From positions 1-17,955 of the forward strand of contig JBNGDF010000039.1 of NCBI GenBank assembly GCA_049975265.1: a stretch of DNA of 17,955 nt. The letters are read 5' to 3'. Within the stretch, counting starts at the first letter, position 1. Each line of letters opens with the position of its first letter. The notes under the pieces are model-generated. The model had not been told where the DNA came from. It was given only the letters and a program-made list of their open reading frames with translations, and did not search any database. Below, piece after piece: positions 1-8,402 of this stretch. This DNA is from Fidelibacterota bacterium (lineage in GTDB: Bacteria; Fidelibacterota; UBA2242). The translations under genes and the position numbers were made by a program.

Positions 1-755
1 ACCGTCAAAAAAACCGGAATCAGCGATTTGGATACTTCATTTGACGATTCCGCCGACGTAAGCTTGCGCTGCTGGTATTCATAGACCAACCAGGTAACCC
101 CACTGCCTAGCAGACCGCCGGCAATTACATCAGATAAAAAATGCCGGTTATCAACGATACGTGTGTAACCCACATAGGCTGCCAGGGCATGACTACCAAC
201 CGCATATATCCATGAACCAGTTTTATTTTCGCCTCCAAAATGATCCAGCGCATACAGCGAACTATAACTCGCTATCACAAAACTGATTGAGGTGTGTCCT
301 GATGGGAATGATTTACCGGCGTCGATACGGTCGTCGGCCGGATAATGCGTAAAACACGGACGGCGGCGTCCAACAATATTTTTTGTGATGTTGGTCGCCA
401 AGTAGCTAAAGGCCAGCGTCTGCATCAGGCCTTTGCTGTGATGATAGGCTGACAATTTTAACCAGCCGTCAGCATTGGGAATCAAACCGATACCCAGCCC
501 CGTCAGCCCGGCAGCGGTGTAGAGCGTTGTCGTGGAAACGGTATTTTCACAATAGGGTTTATCGTCGGGCTGATTGAAAAAGCAGCGGTCAGCCCAAGCC
601 GGCTGATGGTCCAGCCGATAAGCGGTATAAAATATCAGACCTGCTGCGCTCCACTCCGCTAATTCAGGTAAAAATTCCAGCCTTTGCTCGCCGGCTTCAC
701 TAAAATTTACATTCAACAGGAAAATAGCTGCAAAAAGAAACCTTTTAGTGCTCAT
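1..755 (-). CDS. PAP2-family (type 2 phosphatidic acid phosphatase-like) membrane phosphatase, 3'-truncated by the window edge
   Basis: Not in the ORF track; translated by hand. ATG at 755-753 overlaps the upstream gene's TGA (ATGA). The protein starts MSTKRFLFAAIFLLNVNFSEA and has all three PAP2 motifs in frame: KNIVGRRRP, SFPSGHTS and TRIVDNRHFLSDVIAG. No stop was seen before position 1. Confidence 0.9.
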   Translation of the reverse strand, partial: MSTKRFLFAAIFLLNVNFSEAGEQRLEFLPELAEWSAAGLIFYTAYRLDHQPAWADRCFFNQPDDKPYCENTVSTTTLYTAAGLTGLGIGLIPNADGWLKLSAYHHSKGLMQTLAFSYLATNITKNIVGRRRPCFTHYPADDRIDAGKSFPSGHTSISFVIASYSSLYALDHFGGENKTGSWIYAVGSHALAAYVGYTRIVDNRHFLSDVIAGGLLGSGVTWLVYEYQQRKLTSAESSNEVSKSLIPVFLT

Positions 756-1567
756 TGTGATTTCCCAAGTAACCTGAGCAGCCGGTCGGGATAATCGGTA
801 ATGATCCCATCCACGCCCAATTTGATCAACCGCCGCATTTCGGCTTCGTCGTTAACCGTCCAGACGAGCACCGCATAACCCCGCCGCTGCCAGCGTCGCA
901 CATTGCGCCGATTGACCCGCACATCCTCGATGGCAATGTAGTGCGGTTTTATTTTCCACTGAAAAAGCAGGCGTCGCAGGACAAATTTTTCCAGCAGGCT
1001 CAGGTCCTCATCCTTAAAGGTACCGGTCAGCATGCCGCGGCGCAGCTCCGGATTCTTCTCCCGGGTACGCACCAGCATATAGGGATTAAACGCCGTGACA
1101 AACACCTCGTCCACCAGACCGAGCCGTTCAATCTCCGCCACCACCGCATCCGCCAGCGGTTCATGGGGCTTCCGGTCTTTGATTTCAATATCAATCGGCA
1201 CCACCCCACCGAAGCGTTCCAGTACCTCCCGCAGGGTGGGAATTTTTTCTCCGGCAAATTCCGCTCCGAAACAGCTGCCTGCATCCAGCTCTTTAATCTC
1301 CGTCAGGGATACATCACCCACAGCGCCCCGACCATTGGTCGTCCTGCCAAGTGTATCGTCATGAATCACCACCACCTCACCGTCGGCGGTAAGCGTCACA
1401 TCCAGCTCAAACGCCACACCCAGCTTCGCCGCCGCCTGAAACGCCGCCATGGTGTTCTCCGGCGCGACGGACGAAAAGCCGCGATGGGCAATGACCTGCA
1501 GATCGCCCGCCCAACATGTCGCTGCAATCATGGCCAAAACCAAAATGAACGTCAGAAATCGTTTCAT
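752..1567 (-). CDS. Glycerophosphodiester phosphodiesterase (GDPD, UgpQ/GlpQ-like) with signal peptide
   Basis: Motifs IAHRGFS..APENT, ELDV, VVIHD..L.RTT, IEIK, WTVND and GVDGIITDYP. Signal peptide MKRFLTFILVLAMIAATCWA. AGGAGG RBS upstream of the ATG. Confidence 0.95.
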   Translation of the reverse strand: MKRFLTFILVLAMIAATCWAGDLQVIAHRGFSSVAPENTMAAFQAAAKLGVAFELDVTLTADGEVVVIHDDTLGRTTNGRGAVGDVSLTEIKELDAGSCFGAEFAGEKIPTLREVLERFGGVVPIDIEIKDRKPHEPLADAVVAEIERLGLVDEVFVTAFNPYMLVRTREKNPELRRGMLTGTFKDEDLSLLEKFVLRRLLFQWKIKPHYIAIEDVRVNRRNVRRWQRRGYAVLVWTVNDEAEMRRLIKLGVDGIITDYPDRLLRLLGKSQ

Positions 1568-1766
1568 CTGTAATTTTCCTCCTGCTAAAAGATAGATACG
1601 CCATCATCACCAGACAAGACTATTATTCACCATTTTATCTCCGGATAAAAAATCCGTTTATTATATTGTGAAATTTCAGTATTTTTACCCAACCGAACAA
1701 TACAAAAGGAAATGGTTACACCACTCCCCAAGGACCTTATCACCGATAACAACAAAGGAGGAAAAA

Positions 1767-3314
1767 ATGCGCTTTTCCAGGATTATTCCCCTGTTTATCA
1801 CGTTGTTTGCAACCATACTGGATGCGGGTGATTCGTCCAATTCCATTCGCATTCATACCGATCAGGGAACCGAAACCATCAGCAAACACATCTACGGACA
1901 TTTTGCGGAACACCTGGGTAACTGCATCTACGGTGGTTTCTGGGTCGGCGAAAACTCCCCGATTCCCAACACCCGGGGCATCCGCAACGATGTCATCGCC
2001 GCCCTCAAGGAGATCAATCCCCCGGTGATTCGTTGGCCCGGCGGCTGCTTCGCCGATACTTATCACTGGAGAGACGGCATCGGTCCGCACGACCAGCGAC
2101 CCGCTATAATCAATTCCACATGGGGCGGTGTCACCGAAGATAACAGCTTCGGCACCCACGAATTTCTGGACCTCTGCGAAATCCTCGAAGCAGAACCCTA
2201 CATCTGCATCAATGTCGGTAGCGGGACCGTTCAGGAAGCCGCCGATTGGGTGGAATATGTCAATTCAGGCAACCAAAGCCCCATGACCGATCTGCGCAAG
2301 GCAAACGGACGCGAGCAGCCCTGGAATGTGAAATACTGGGCGGTGGGCAACGAGAGCTGGGGCTGCGGCGGCAATATGACTCCGGAATACTACGCCGATC
2401 TGTTCAAACGCTTTTCCACCTATCTGCGCGCCGGCGAGCTCTACCGCATTGCCAGCGGCGGAACGGATCAGGATTATCACTGGACCGAAACGGTTCTGAA
2501 AAAAACCAAAGACTACCCGCATCTGATCCAGGGCTACTCCTTTCATTATTACACCGTCTGCCACGGCTGGGATAAAAAGGGCTCGGCGACACAATTCGAC
2601 GAAAACGACTGGTTTCACACGATGCAAAACACCCTCGTCATGGAGGAACGGCTGGAACGGCATATCAACATCATGGATCAATATGATCCCGAAAACCGGA
2701 TCGGCTTGATGGTGGATGAATGGGGTAACTGGTTTGATGTGGAGCCCGGCACCAATCCCGGTTTTCTGTATCAGCAAAACACCCTGCGTGACGCCGTCAC
2801 CGCCGCGCTCTATCTGAATATCTTCAATAACCACGCCCGGCGGGTAAAAATGGCAAATATCGCCCAGACCATCAATGTCCTCCAGGCAATGCTGCTGACC
2901 CATGACGATCAGCTGGTGAAGACACCGACCTTTTATGTTTTCAAAATGTACAAAGTCCATCAGGACGCCACGCTCCTGCCATTGGAAATCCATTGTGAAC
3001 AATACAGATACAATGACCTGACGCTGCCCGCCGTCAGCGCTTCGGCATCCAGGGATGTTCATGGCAACATCCACGTCTCGTTCTGTAATATTGATCCAAA
3101 CCGAAGTATAGACCTGGTTGTAGAACTGCAGGGGGCAGGAAAATTGACCAAATCAACCGGCTCCATCATCACCGCTGATGTCATGAACGCCTACAACGAT
3201 TTCGGGCAACCTGAGCAGGTGAATATCCGGAAATTTTCAGATTACAAACTGAAAAAGGAGCGGCTGTCCATCTCCCTGCCGGCGAAATCGGTCGTCACGA
3301 TTGAAATCCGATAA
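1767..3314 (+). CDS. abfA: Secreted alpha-L-arabinofuranosidase, glycoside hydrolase family 51
   Basis: Motifs IYGHFAEHLG.CIYGG, RWPGGCFAD.YHW, GNESWGCGG (acid/base Glu), DEWG.W (nucleophile Glu) and MANIAQTINVLQ. Start moved from the track's 1668 to ATG 1767 because AAGGAGG precedes it and a signal peptide (MRFSRIIPLFITLFATILDA) follows. Confidence 0.93.
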   Translation: MRFSRIIPLFITLFATILDAGDSSNSIRIHTDQGTETISKHIYGHFAEHLGNCIYGGFWVGENSPIPNTRGIRNDVIAALKEINPPVIRWPGGCFADTYHWRDGIGPHDQRPAIINSTWGGVTEDNSFGTHEFLDLCEILEAEPYICINVGSGTVQEAADWVEYVNSGNQSPMTDLRKANGREQPWNVKYWAVGNESWGCGGNMTPEYYADLFKRFSTYLRAGELYRIASGGTDQDYHWTETVLKKTKDYPHLIQGYSFHYYTVCHGWDKKGSATQFDENDWFHTMQNTLVMEERLERHINIMDQYDPENRIGLMVDEWGNWFDVEPGTNPGFLYQQNTLRDAVTAALYLNIFNNHARRVKMANIAQTINVLQAMLLTHDDQLVKTPTFYVFKMYKVHQDATLLPLEIHCEQYRYNDLTLPAVSASASRDVHGNIHVSFCNIDPNRSIDLVVELQGAGKLTKSTGSIITADVMNAYNDFGQPEQVNIRKFSDYKLKKERLSISLPAKSVVTIEIR

Positions 3315-3337
3315 GGAAACATATTGAAAACCGGACC

Positions 3338-4804
3338 ATGCAAAAACACCCATCCATCGGCGTCAATCTTTTCATAATTCTGCTGTCCGGTTTCGCTCTT
3401 CTGCAAGCCCAATTTCCGAAAGTTCCTCCGCCGAATGTAACCAGCAAAATGGATCGCGATCAGATGCTCTGGCAGCTGGGAATAGAGCTTCCCCACCTTC
3501 CTCCCAAAACCACCGATCCAAACCGACCCAGACACTCCGTACCAGTCAACCCTGACGATCCGGAGGGCAACTGGACCGATGCCGCAGGACATATTATCAC
3601 CCGCTCCGTCTTCGGGCTATGGAACAACTACGATGATGTCGCCGCAGGATTTTTTCCGGGACCGGAATCCTGGCGGGTGGGTAAATACATCCCGATCGAC
3701 CTTTTAAAAATGAATGACGGAACGTTGATTGAGAACTGCGAACAGTGGTGGCAGCTGCGCCGACCGGAGCTGCTTCGGGATGTTCAGAAGCAAATCTGGG
3801 GTGTCCCGCCACCCGACAGCATTTTACCCCCGGTTTCCTGGAAGGTCACCAAAAATGCCAGCTGTGGTAGCTACATACCCTATATCGAAAAATACATCGA
3901 AGGTAACATTGATATCACACACTACCCGCAGGTCCGCAATGTCCCAAAGATATCAGCGGTTCTCAGAATTCCCGCCGGGCAATCCGGAGCGGTCCCGGTA
4001 ATGGTCGTGATCGGTCATCCCCTTTTGACCAAAACAGATCGCTACTGGGAATATGTCAAATCCTCCGGTTGGGGTGTCTGTATCTTCAACAGCGACGCTC
4101 TGCAACCGGACAACGGCACCGGATTGACGAGTTACATCATCGGACTCTGCAACCAGGGGCGCTGGCGTTCACCCTCCGATTGGGGCACCCTCGCCGCCTG
4201 GGCGTGGGGCGTCAGCCGTCTGATCGATTATTTCGAAACTGACAATCAGGTTGACGCCTGCATGATCGGTGTCACCGGTCACTCCCGGTACGGCAAGGCG
4301 GCGCTGGTGGCAATGGCTTATGACACGCGTCTGGCAATCTCCTTTCCCTCCTGCGCGGGCAGTCTCGGCACAAAAATGAATCGTCGCCATTGGGGACAGG
4401 ACCTGGAAAACTCCGTCTGGGAACGGGAGTATCATTGGGTTGCCGGTAATTTCATAAAGTGGTCCGGTCCCCTCTCTGTCGATTCCTATCTGCCCCGTAA
4501 TATCGAAAAATGTCGTGTTGACGCTCACTCCTTATTAGCACTCTGTGCGCCGCGCCCCGTTTTCATAAACGCCGGTAGCGAGGATGCCTGGACTGATCCC
4601 TACGGCATCTTTTTAACCTGTATCAACGCAACCCCGGCTTATGAATTGCTCGGTAAAAAGGGTCTGGTGATGAATGATAAAAAACCCCGGCTTAACACCG
4701 CCTACCTCGAGGGGAATATTGCCTTCCGTTACCATGATGGCGGGCATACGGACGCACCCGACTGGCCGGCTTTTTTCAGGTTTGCGAAGAGATTCTATCC
4801 CTAG
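3338..4804 (+). CDS. Secreted carbohydrate esterase family 15-like (glucuronoyl/acetyl esterase) alpha/beta hydrolase
   Basis: Nucleophile motif GHSRYGK, plus WGTLAAWAWGVSRLIDY, DAHSLLALCAPRP, EDAWTDP and a C-terminal HDGGH. N-terminal signal peptide. Confidence 0.85.
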   Translation: MQKHPSIGVNLFIILLSGFALLQAQFPKVPPPNVTSKMDRDQMLWQLGIELPHLPPKTTDPNRPRHSVPVNPDDPEGNWTDAAGHIITRSVFGLWNNYDDVAAGFFPGPESWRVGKYIPIDLLKMNDGTLIENCEQWWQLRRPELLRDVQKQIWGVPPPDSILPPVSWKVTKNASCGSYIPYIEKYIEGNIDITHYPQVRNVPKISAVLRIPAGQSGAVPVMVVIGHPLLTKTDRYWEYVKSSGWGVCIFNSDALQPDNGTGLTSYIIGLCNQGRWRSPSDWGTLAAWAWGVSRLIDYFETDNQVDACMIGVTGHSRYGKAALVAMAYDTRLAISFPSCAGSLGTKMNRRHWGQDLENSVWEREYHWVAGNFIKWSGPLSVDSYLPRNIEKCRVDAHSLLALCAPRPVFINAGSEDAWTDPYGIFLTCINATPAYELLGKKGLVMNDKKPRLNTAYLEGNIAFRYHDGGHTDAPDWPAFFRFAKRFYP

Positions 4805-4858
4805 GCAACATTTTTTAGAATCATCGTTATCGTCGTATTATCCACACCCGGACCACCA

Positions 4859-4929
4859 TTTTTTGACCGAACATTCAAAAAAGGCTTGATAGTGTTGCTA
4901 TCACTCCCTATATTTTGACTGAACGGTCA
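4859..4929. promoter_or_regulatory. Twin putative TetR operators (TTTTGACYGAACRKTCA)
   Basis: TTTTGACCGAACATTCA (4861-4877) and TTTTGACTGAACGGTCA (4913-4929) match at 14/17 positions. Each has dyad symmetry (TGA-N8-TCA). One lies just upstream of the -35 and the other overlaps the -10 and predicted start site. Confidence 0.75.
4886..4914 (+). promoter_or_regulatory. Sigma70-type promoter of the tetR-MMPL operon
   Basis: TTGATA (4886-4891), a 17 bp spacer and TATATT (4909-4914), ending 38 bp before the tetR ATG. Confidence 0.7.
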
Positions 4930-4952
4930 GTAAATCAAAAGAAAGGAACGCA

Positions 4953-5615
4953 ATGGTTCACAAATCAAAAGGGGATGTCCGCCAAAAAATCCTCTCCGCC
5001 GCCGAAGAACTCTTCGCCACGAAAGGATTTGATGCCACCGGCATCGAGCTGATCGCCAAAACCGCCGGCATTACCAAATCGCTGATTTACTACTATTTCA
5101 AAAGTAAGGATGAAATCCTCGCAGAATTATTCCAGGATTTCATTGGTGAATCCATCAAGATCAAGAAATACATAACCGATAAAACTCTGCATGACATTTC
5201 CCAACATAATATTGAAAAAATCCTAATAAATCACACCTTGCCTTTTTTGATGGCGCATAAAGACATAATCAAAATCGCTTTCACCGAATCGGTAAAAGAA
5301 GCACCCGTTACTCCGCATATTAACATATTTCAGTACTTTGATCAAAATTTCCAAGCCAGTCTTGATATTGCCAATCAATATGATATCCAATACAATAAAG
5401 ATTTCGCGAACCTTAACGGCTTTTTTCTCTTCTGGGCACCGTTATTCTCTTTTGTAATTTTTTGCGATGAATGGTGCGAATACTACCATTGCGATCTGGA
5501 AACTGTTACCGATCTTTTTGTTGCTGAATATGCTAAAATGTATAAACTGCTTATCGATCCAAGATCTGCGGATATCACTTCTGGAGAAATGCCGAAATTG
5601 CATAAAAAGGAATGA
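4953..5615 (+). CDS. TetR/AcrR-family transcriptional regulator
   Basis: N-terminal HTH: RQKILSAAEELFATKGFDATGIELIAKTAGITKSLIYYYFKSKDEIL. AAAGGA RBS. Confidence 0.95.
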   Translation: MVHKSKGDVRQKILSAAEELFATKGFDATGIELIAKTAGITKSLIYYYFKSKDEILAELFQDFIGESIKIKKYITDKTLHDISQHNIEKILINHTLPFLMAHKDIIKIAFTESVKEAPVTPHINIFQYFDQNFQASLDIANQYDIQYNKDFANLNGFFLFWAPLFSFVIFCDEWCEYYHCDLETVTDLFVAEYAKMYKLLIDPRSADITSGEMPKLHKKE

Positions 5616-5664
5616 GAATTCCAACCGTATATAAGTAACCTTCCGTCTAAATAAGGGAGTAAAT

Positions 5665-8391
5665 ATGAAATCGGAAGAAAGAATGATGACCGCTATTGCT
5701 GCTTTCGTCACCCGTTTTTACAAATGGATACCTTTTGTGGCACTGCTACTTTTTATTCTCAGTATTATTGCCGCCAGCAATATCGAAACCAAGACCGAAA
5801 TCAAGGATCTGATGTCCGAAAAAGACCCGCTGGTCGCCAGCTATATTGAAGTGGATTCGGTGTTCGCCGGTGGCGCCACGGTCATGATTACCATCGAGGG
5901 TAGTGACAAAGCCCGCATGGGGCAATGCGCCGAGGATTTCGTTGCCGCGGTCCGGGCAAATGATCGCCTGATGGAGGACATCAAAGCCATCAATTTGAAA
6001 ATTGACCGCCAGTTCATTGATGACTGGGGACTTATGTTGCAGAAAGCCAGGGATATTGAAAAAACTGCTGAAACTTTTGCAGAGTTGAACCTCTTGCCGT
6101 TTATCACCTCCTTGAACAATTCCTTCGAAGAAACCTACACTGGCGATGAAGCCGAAGAGGAACTGGAAACCAACAAGCAGGAAAACGAAGCCGTAGCCAT
6201 GCTGAGTCAACTGGAGACTTTCTTCACACTGCTGCGGGAATATCTGGAAAACCCGGAGCTCTCGCCAGTCGAAGAACAGGGTAAAATTCTGGCAGAGACC
6301 TTTCTCTATGGCGAGCCCTACCAGTTCAACCATGACAACAGCATGTTGCTGTTTACATTTTCTCCGGCTTTCAGTGCGGTTGAATTCGATAAGATTTTCC
6401 CGATGATGGATGCAATCAAAGCAATTCAGGCGGACATGAATGCAAAATATCCCGATCTGCATATCAGTTATACCGGCGATATCCCGGTGCAGAGCGATGA
6501 ACAGGATGCCCTGAGTTTCGATATGGCGGTTCCGTCGATCGTAGCGCTGATTCTGATTCTGGTGCTGTTTATCTTTTCATTCAGCCAGCTGCGCTCGATC
6601 CTTTTCATTCTGATCGTCTTGATTTTAGGCATCGTTTTTAACTACGGCTTTATCGGCGTCACGATCAAAGAGATCAACATGCTGACCAGTATCATGGGCG
6701 TGCTGCTGATCGGACTCGGCGTGGATTACGGCATCCAGATCGTCACCAATTTCACCACCTACCGCGAAGACGGCCTCGAACCGCAAGAAGCCTTGCGCCT
6801 GACCTATCAGAAAGCCGGCATGGGGACGTTGCTGGCGGCATTGACTACCGCCCTGGCATTTTTCGTCATGTCCGCCACCGGCGTGAAAGCCTTTGAACAA
6901 TTCGGCATCATCATGGGCACCGGCATTATCAACTGCTTTCTGGCAATGTTTTTTATTCTGCCCGCCATGCTGCTCTGGTGGGGCAAAAAAGATGTGAGCA
7001 AAACCCATCTTCCCAATATAGACTATCAATTCCTGGCTACTCTTGGCAATACGATCTACAAACATAGAACTGTCACAATTATCGCAGGCATTGTCGTCAC
7101 AGCCGGATTTTTCGCCGCCATGTTCCTGAATCGGATCGAATATGATATTATGAAACTCGAACCGCAGGATATGCCCTCAATTATTCAGTATAACAAAGTC
7201 ATGGAAAAATTCGAGATGACACCCTTCGCTTCCATGGTTATCGCTGAAAGTATCGAAGAAGCCCGGGAAATGACCGAAAAACTGGAAAAAACGCCAATGG
7301 TCGCCGACATCAACTCGGTATCCTACTTTTTCCCGCCGGCAGACAAACAAAAAGCGCGATTGGCGGCAATCGCCGAAATTCGTAAAATGCCGCAACGATA
7401 TCAGACCATGAATTATACAGCAGAGGATATGGAAAGCTTCGTCTATGAGGTGCAGCGCACCGAATGGAATATCATCGAAATGGGCGATCTTTCGGTAGCC
7501 GGACTGGGTGAAAACAATCAAATCGTCAAAAAACGTAATGCCATGATTCGGGAGATATTCGGCGCCGAAGTCGGCAAGCCGGGGCGCGAAGTATTCCAGA
7601 AACTGATCAAGCTGATCGAAAGCGATCCGGCGCTTTATGCTGAAAGACTCGCCAAACTGGATCGCTATTTTGCCAAGGAGGCGGATGCTATTGTCACCCG
7701 TATGTCACAGGCGAAACGACTGATGACAATCGACGACTTACCCGAACCAGTCCGCAAAAGCATGTTCGATGAAACCGGTACCCGCAATCTGGTAATGATT
7801 TATCCTGACGAAGATGTGCTTGATAACATTGACCGCATACGTCATTTTAACAATTCCGTTGCTCGGGTATCACCCAGAATTACCGGTTCCAGCCAAATCC
7901 TGACCGCCTGGATGAATGAGGTTACCAATGCTTCCGGTAAAGCCGGAATTTACATTTTTGCTGCGGTGCTCTTTTTCCTGATTCTGAATTTTCGGAATTT
8001 CAAGTATGTGGTCTTTGCGTCAGTGCCGCTGGTACTGGGGTTGATCTGGATGGCGGGTATGTATCCCCTGCTGGGTCAGAAATTGAATATCATCAATATT
8101 GCCGTGATTCCGCTGGTCATCGGTATGGGTATTGACTTTGGCATTCACATTACCCATCGTTTCCGGGTGGAACAAAATATCGAAACCGTCTACCGCTATA
8201 CCGGCAAGGGTGTCTTTCTGGCGGCTTTCACCACAATGATCGGATTCGGGTCACTTGGACTAATCGGTAAATTCGGTTCGGTTAATTCCATGGGGCGCAT
8301 TCTTTTTGTGGGTATTCTATCGTGTCTGCTAACAACGCTAATCATTCTCCCGGCATTTCTTACATTCGCCAAAAAGAAACAATCTTCATAA
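5665..8391 (+). CDS. MMPL/RND-superfamily inner-membrane transporter (HpnN/MmpL-like, probable lipid substrate)
   Basis: 908 aa with two repeats of one TM, a large periplasmic loop and five TMs. TM4/TM10 motifs GLGVDYGIQ and GMGIDFGIH, plus AALTTALAF and AAFTTMIGFGSL. AAGGGAG RBS. Confidence 0.9.
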   Translation: MKSEERMMTAIAAFVTRFYKWIPFVALLLFILSIIAASNIETKTEIKDLMSEKDPLVASYIEVDSVFAGGATVMITIEGSDKARMGQCAEDFVAAVRANDRLMEDIKAINLKIDRQFIDDWGLMLQKARDIEKTAETFAELNLLPFITSLNNSFEETYTGDEAEEELETNKQENEAVAMLSQLETFFTLLREYLENPELSPVEEQGKILAETFLYGEPYQFNHDNSMLLFTFSPAFSAVEFDKIFPMMDAIKAIQADMNAKYPDLHISYTGDIPVQSDEQDALSFDMAVPSIVALILILVLFIFSFSQLRSILFILIVLILGIVFNYGFIGVTIKEINMLTSIMGVLLIGLGVDYGIQIVTNFTTYREDGLEPQEALRLTYQKAGMGTLLAALTTALAFFVMSATGVKAFEQFGIIMGTGIINCFLAMFFILPAMLLWWGKKDVSKTHLPNIDYQFLATLGNTIYKHRTVTIIAGIVVTAGFFAAMFLNRIEYDIMKLEPQDMPSIIQYNKVMEKFEMTPFASMVIAESIEEAREMTEKLEKTPMVADINSVSYFFPPADKQKARLAAIAEIRKMPQRYQTMNYTAEDMESFVYEVQRTEWNIIEMGDLSVAGLGENNQIVKKRNAMIREIFGAEVGKPGREVFQKLIKLIESDPALYAERLAKLDRYFAKEADAIVTRMSQAKRLMTIDDLPEPVRKSMFDETGTRNLVMIYPDEDVLDNIDRIRHFNNSVARVSPRITGSSQILTAWMNEVTNASGKAGIYIFAAVLFFLILNFRNFKYVVFASVPLVLGLIWMAGMYPLLGQKLNIINIAVIPLVIGMGIDFGIHITHRFRVEQNIETVYRYTGKGVFLAAFTTMIGFGSLGLIGKFGSVNSMGRILFVGILSCLLTTLIILPAFLTFAKKKQSS

Positions 8392-8402
8392 AGGAGGTCA
8401 TT

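Noticed and set aside
941..1573. 210 aa plus-strand ORF
   Set aside because: It is the antisense shadow of the GDPD gene and has no recognisable motifs.
1668..1766. 33-codon N-terminal extension of GH51 in the ORF track
   Set aside because: The strong RBS and signal peptide point to ATG 1767; the extension is AT-rich intergenic sequence.
2265..3074. 269 aa minus-strand ORF
   Set aside because: It lies wholly antisense to GH51 and is explained by codon bias on the coding strand.
4887..4914. Resemblance to Tn10 tetO half-sites (TGATAG, CTATCA, TCCCTAT)
   Set aside because: The half-sites are in the opposite order to tetO, the regulator is AcrR-like, and no tetA is present. This is not a tetracycline resistance module.
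5746..6462. 238 aa minus-strand ORF and other antisense ORFs within the MMPL gene
   Set aside because: These are antisense shadows with no domain features.
5665..8391. AcrB-type multidrug efflux pump or SecDF
   Set aside because: The motifs are MMPL/HpnN-like, and there is no membrane-fusion protein or TolC in the operon.
8322..8402. N-terminal extension of the LolA-like ORF overlapping the MMPL gene
   Set aside because: The AAGGAGGT RBS and signal peptide support ATG 8403.
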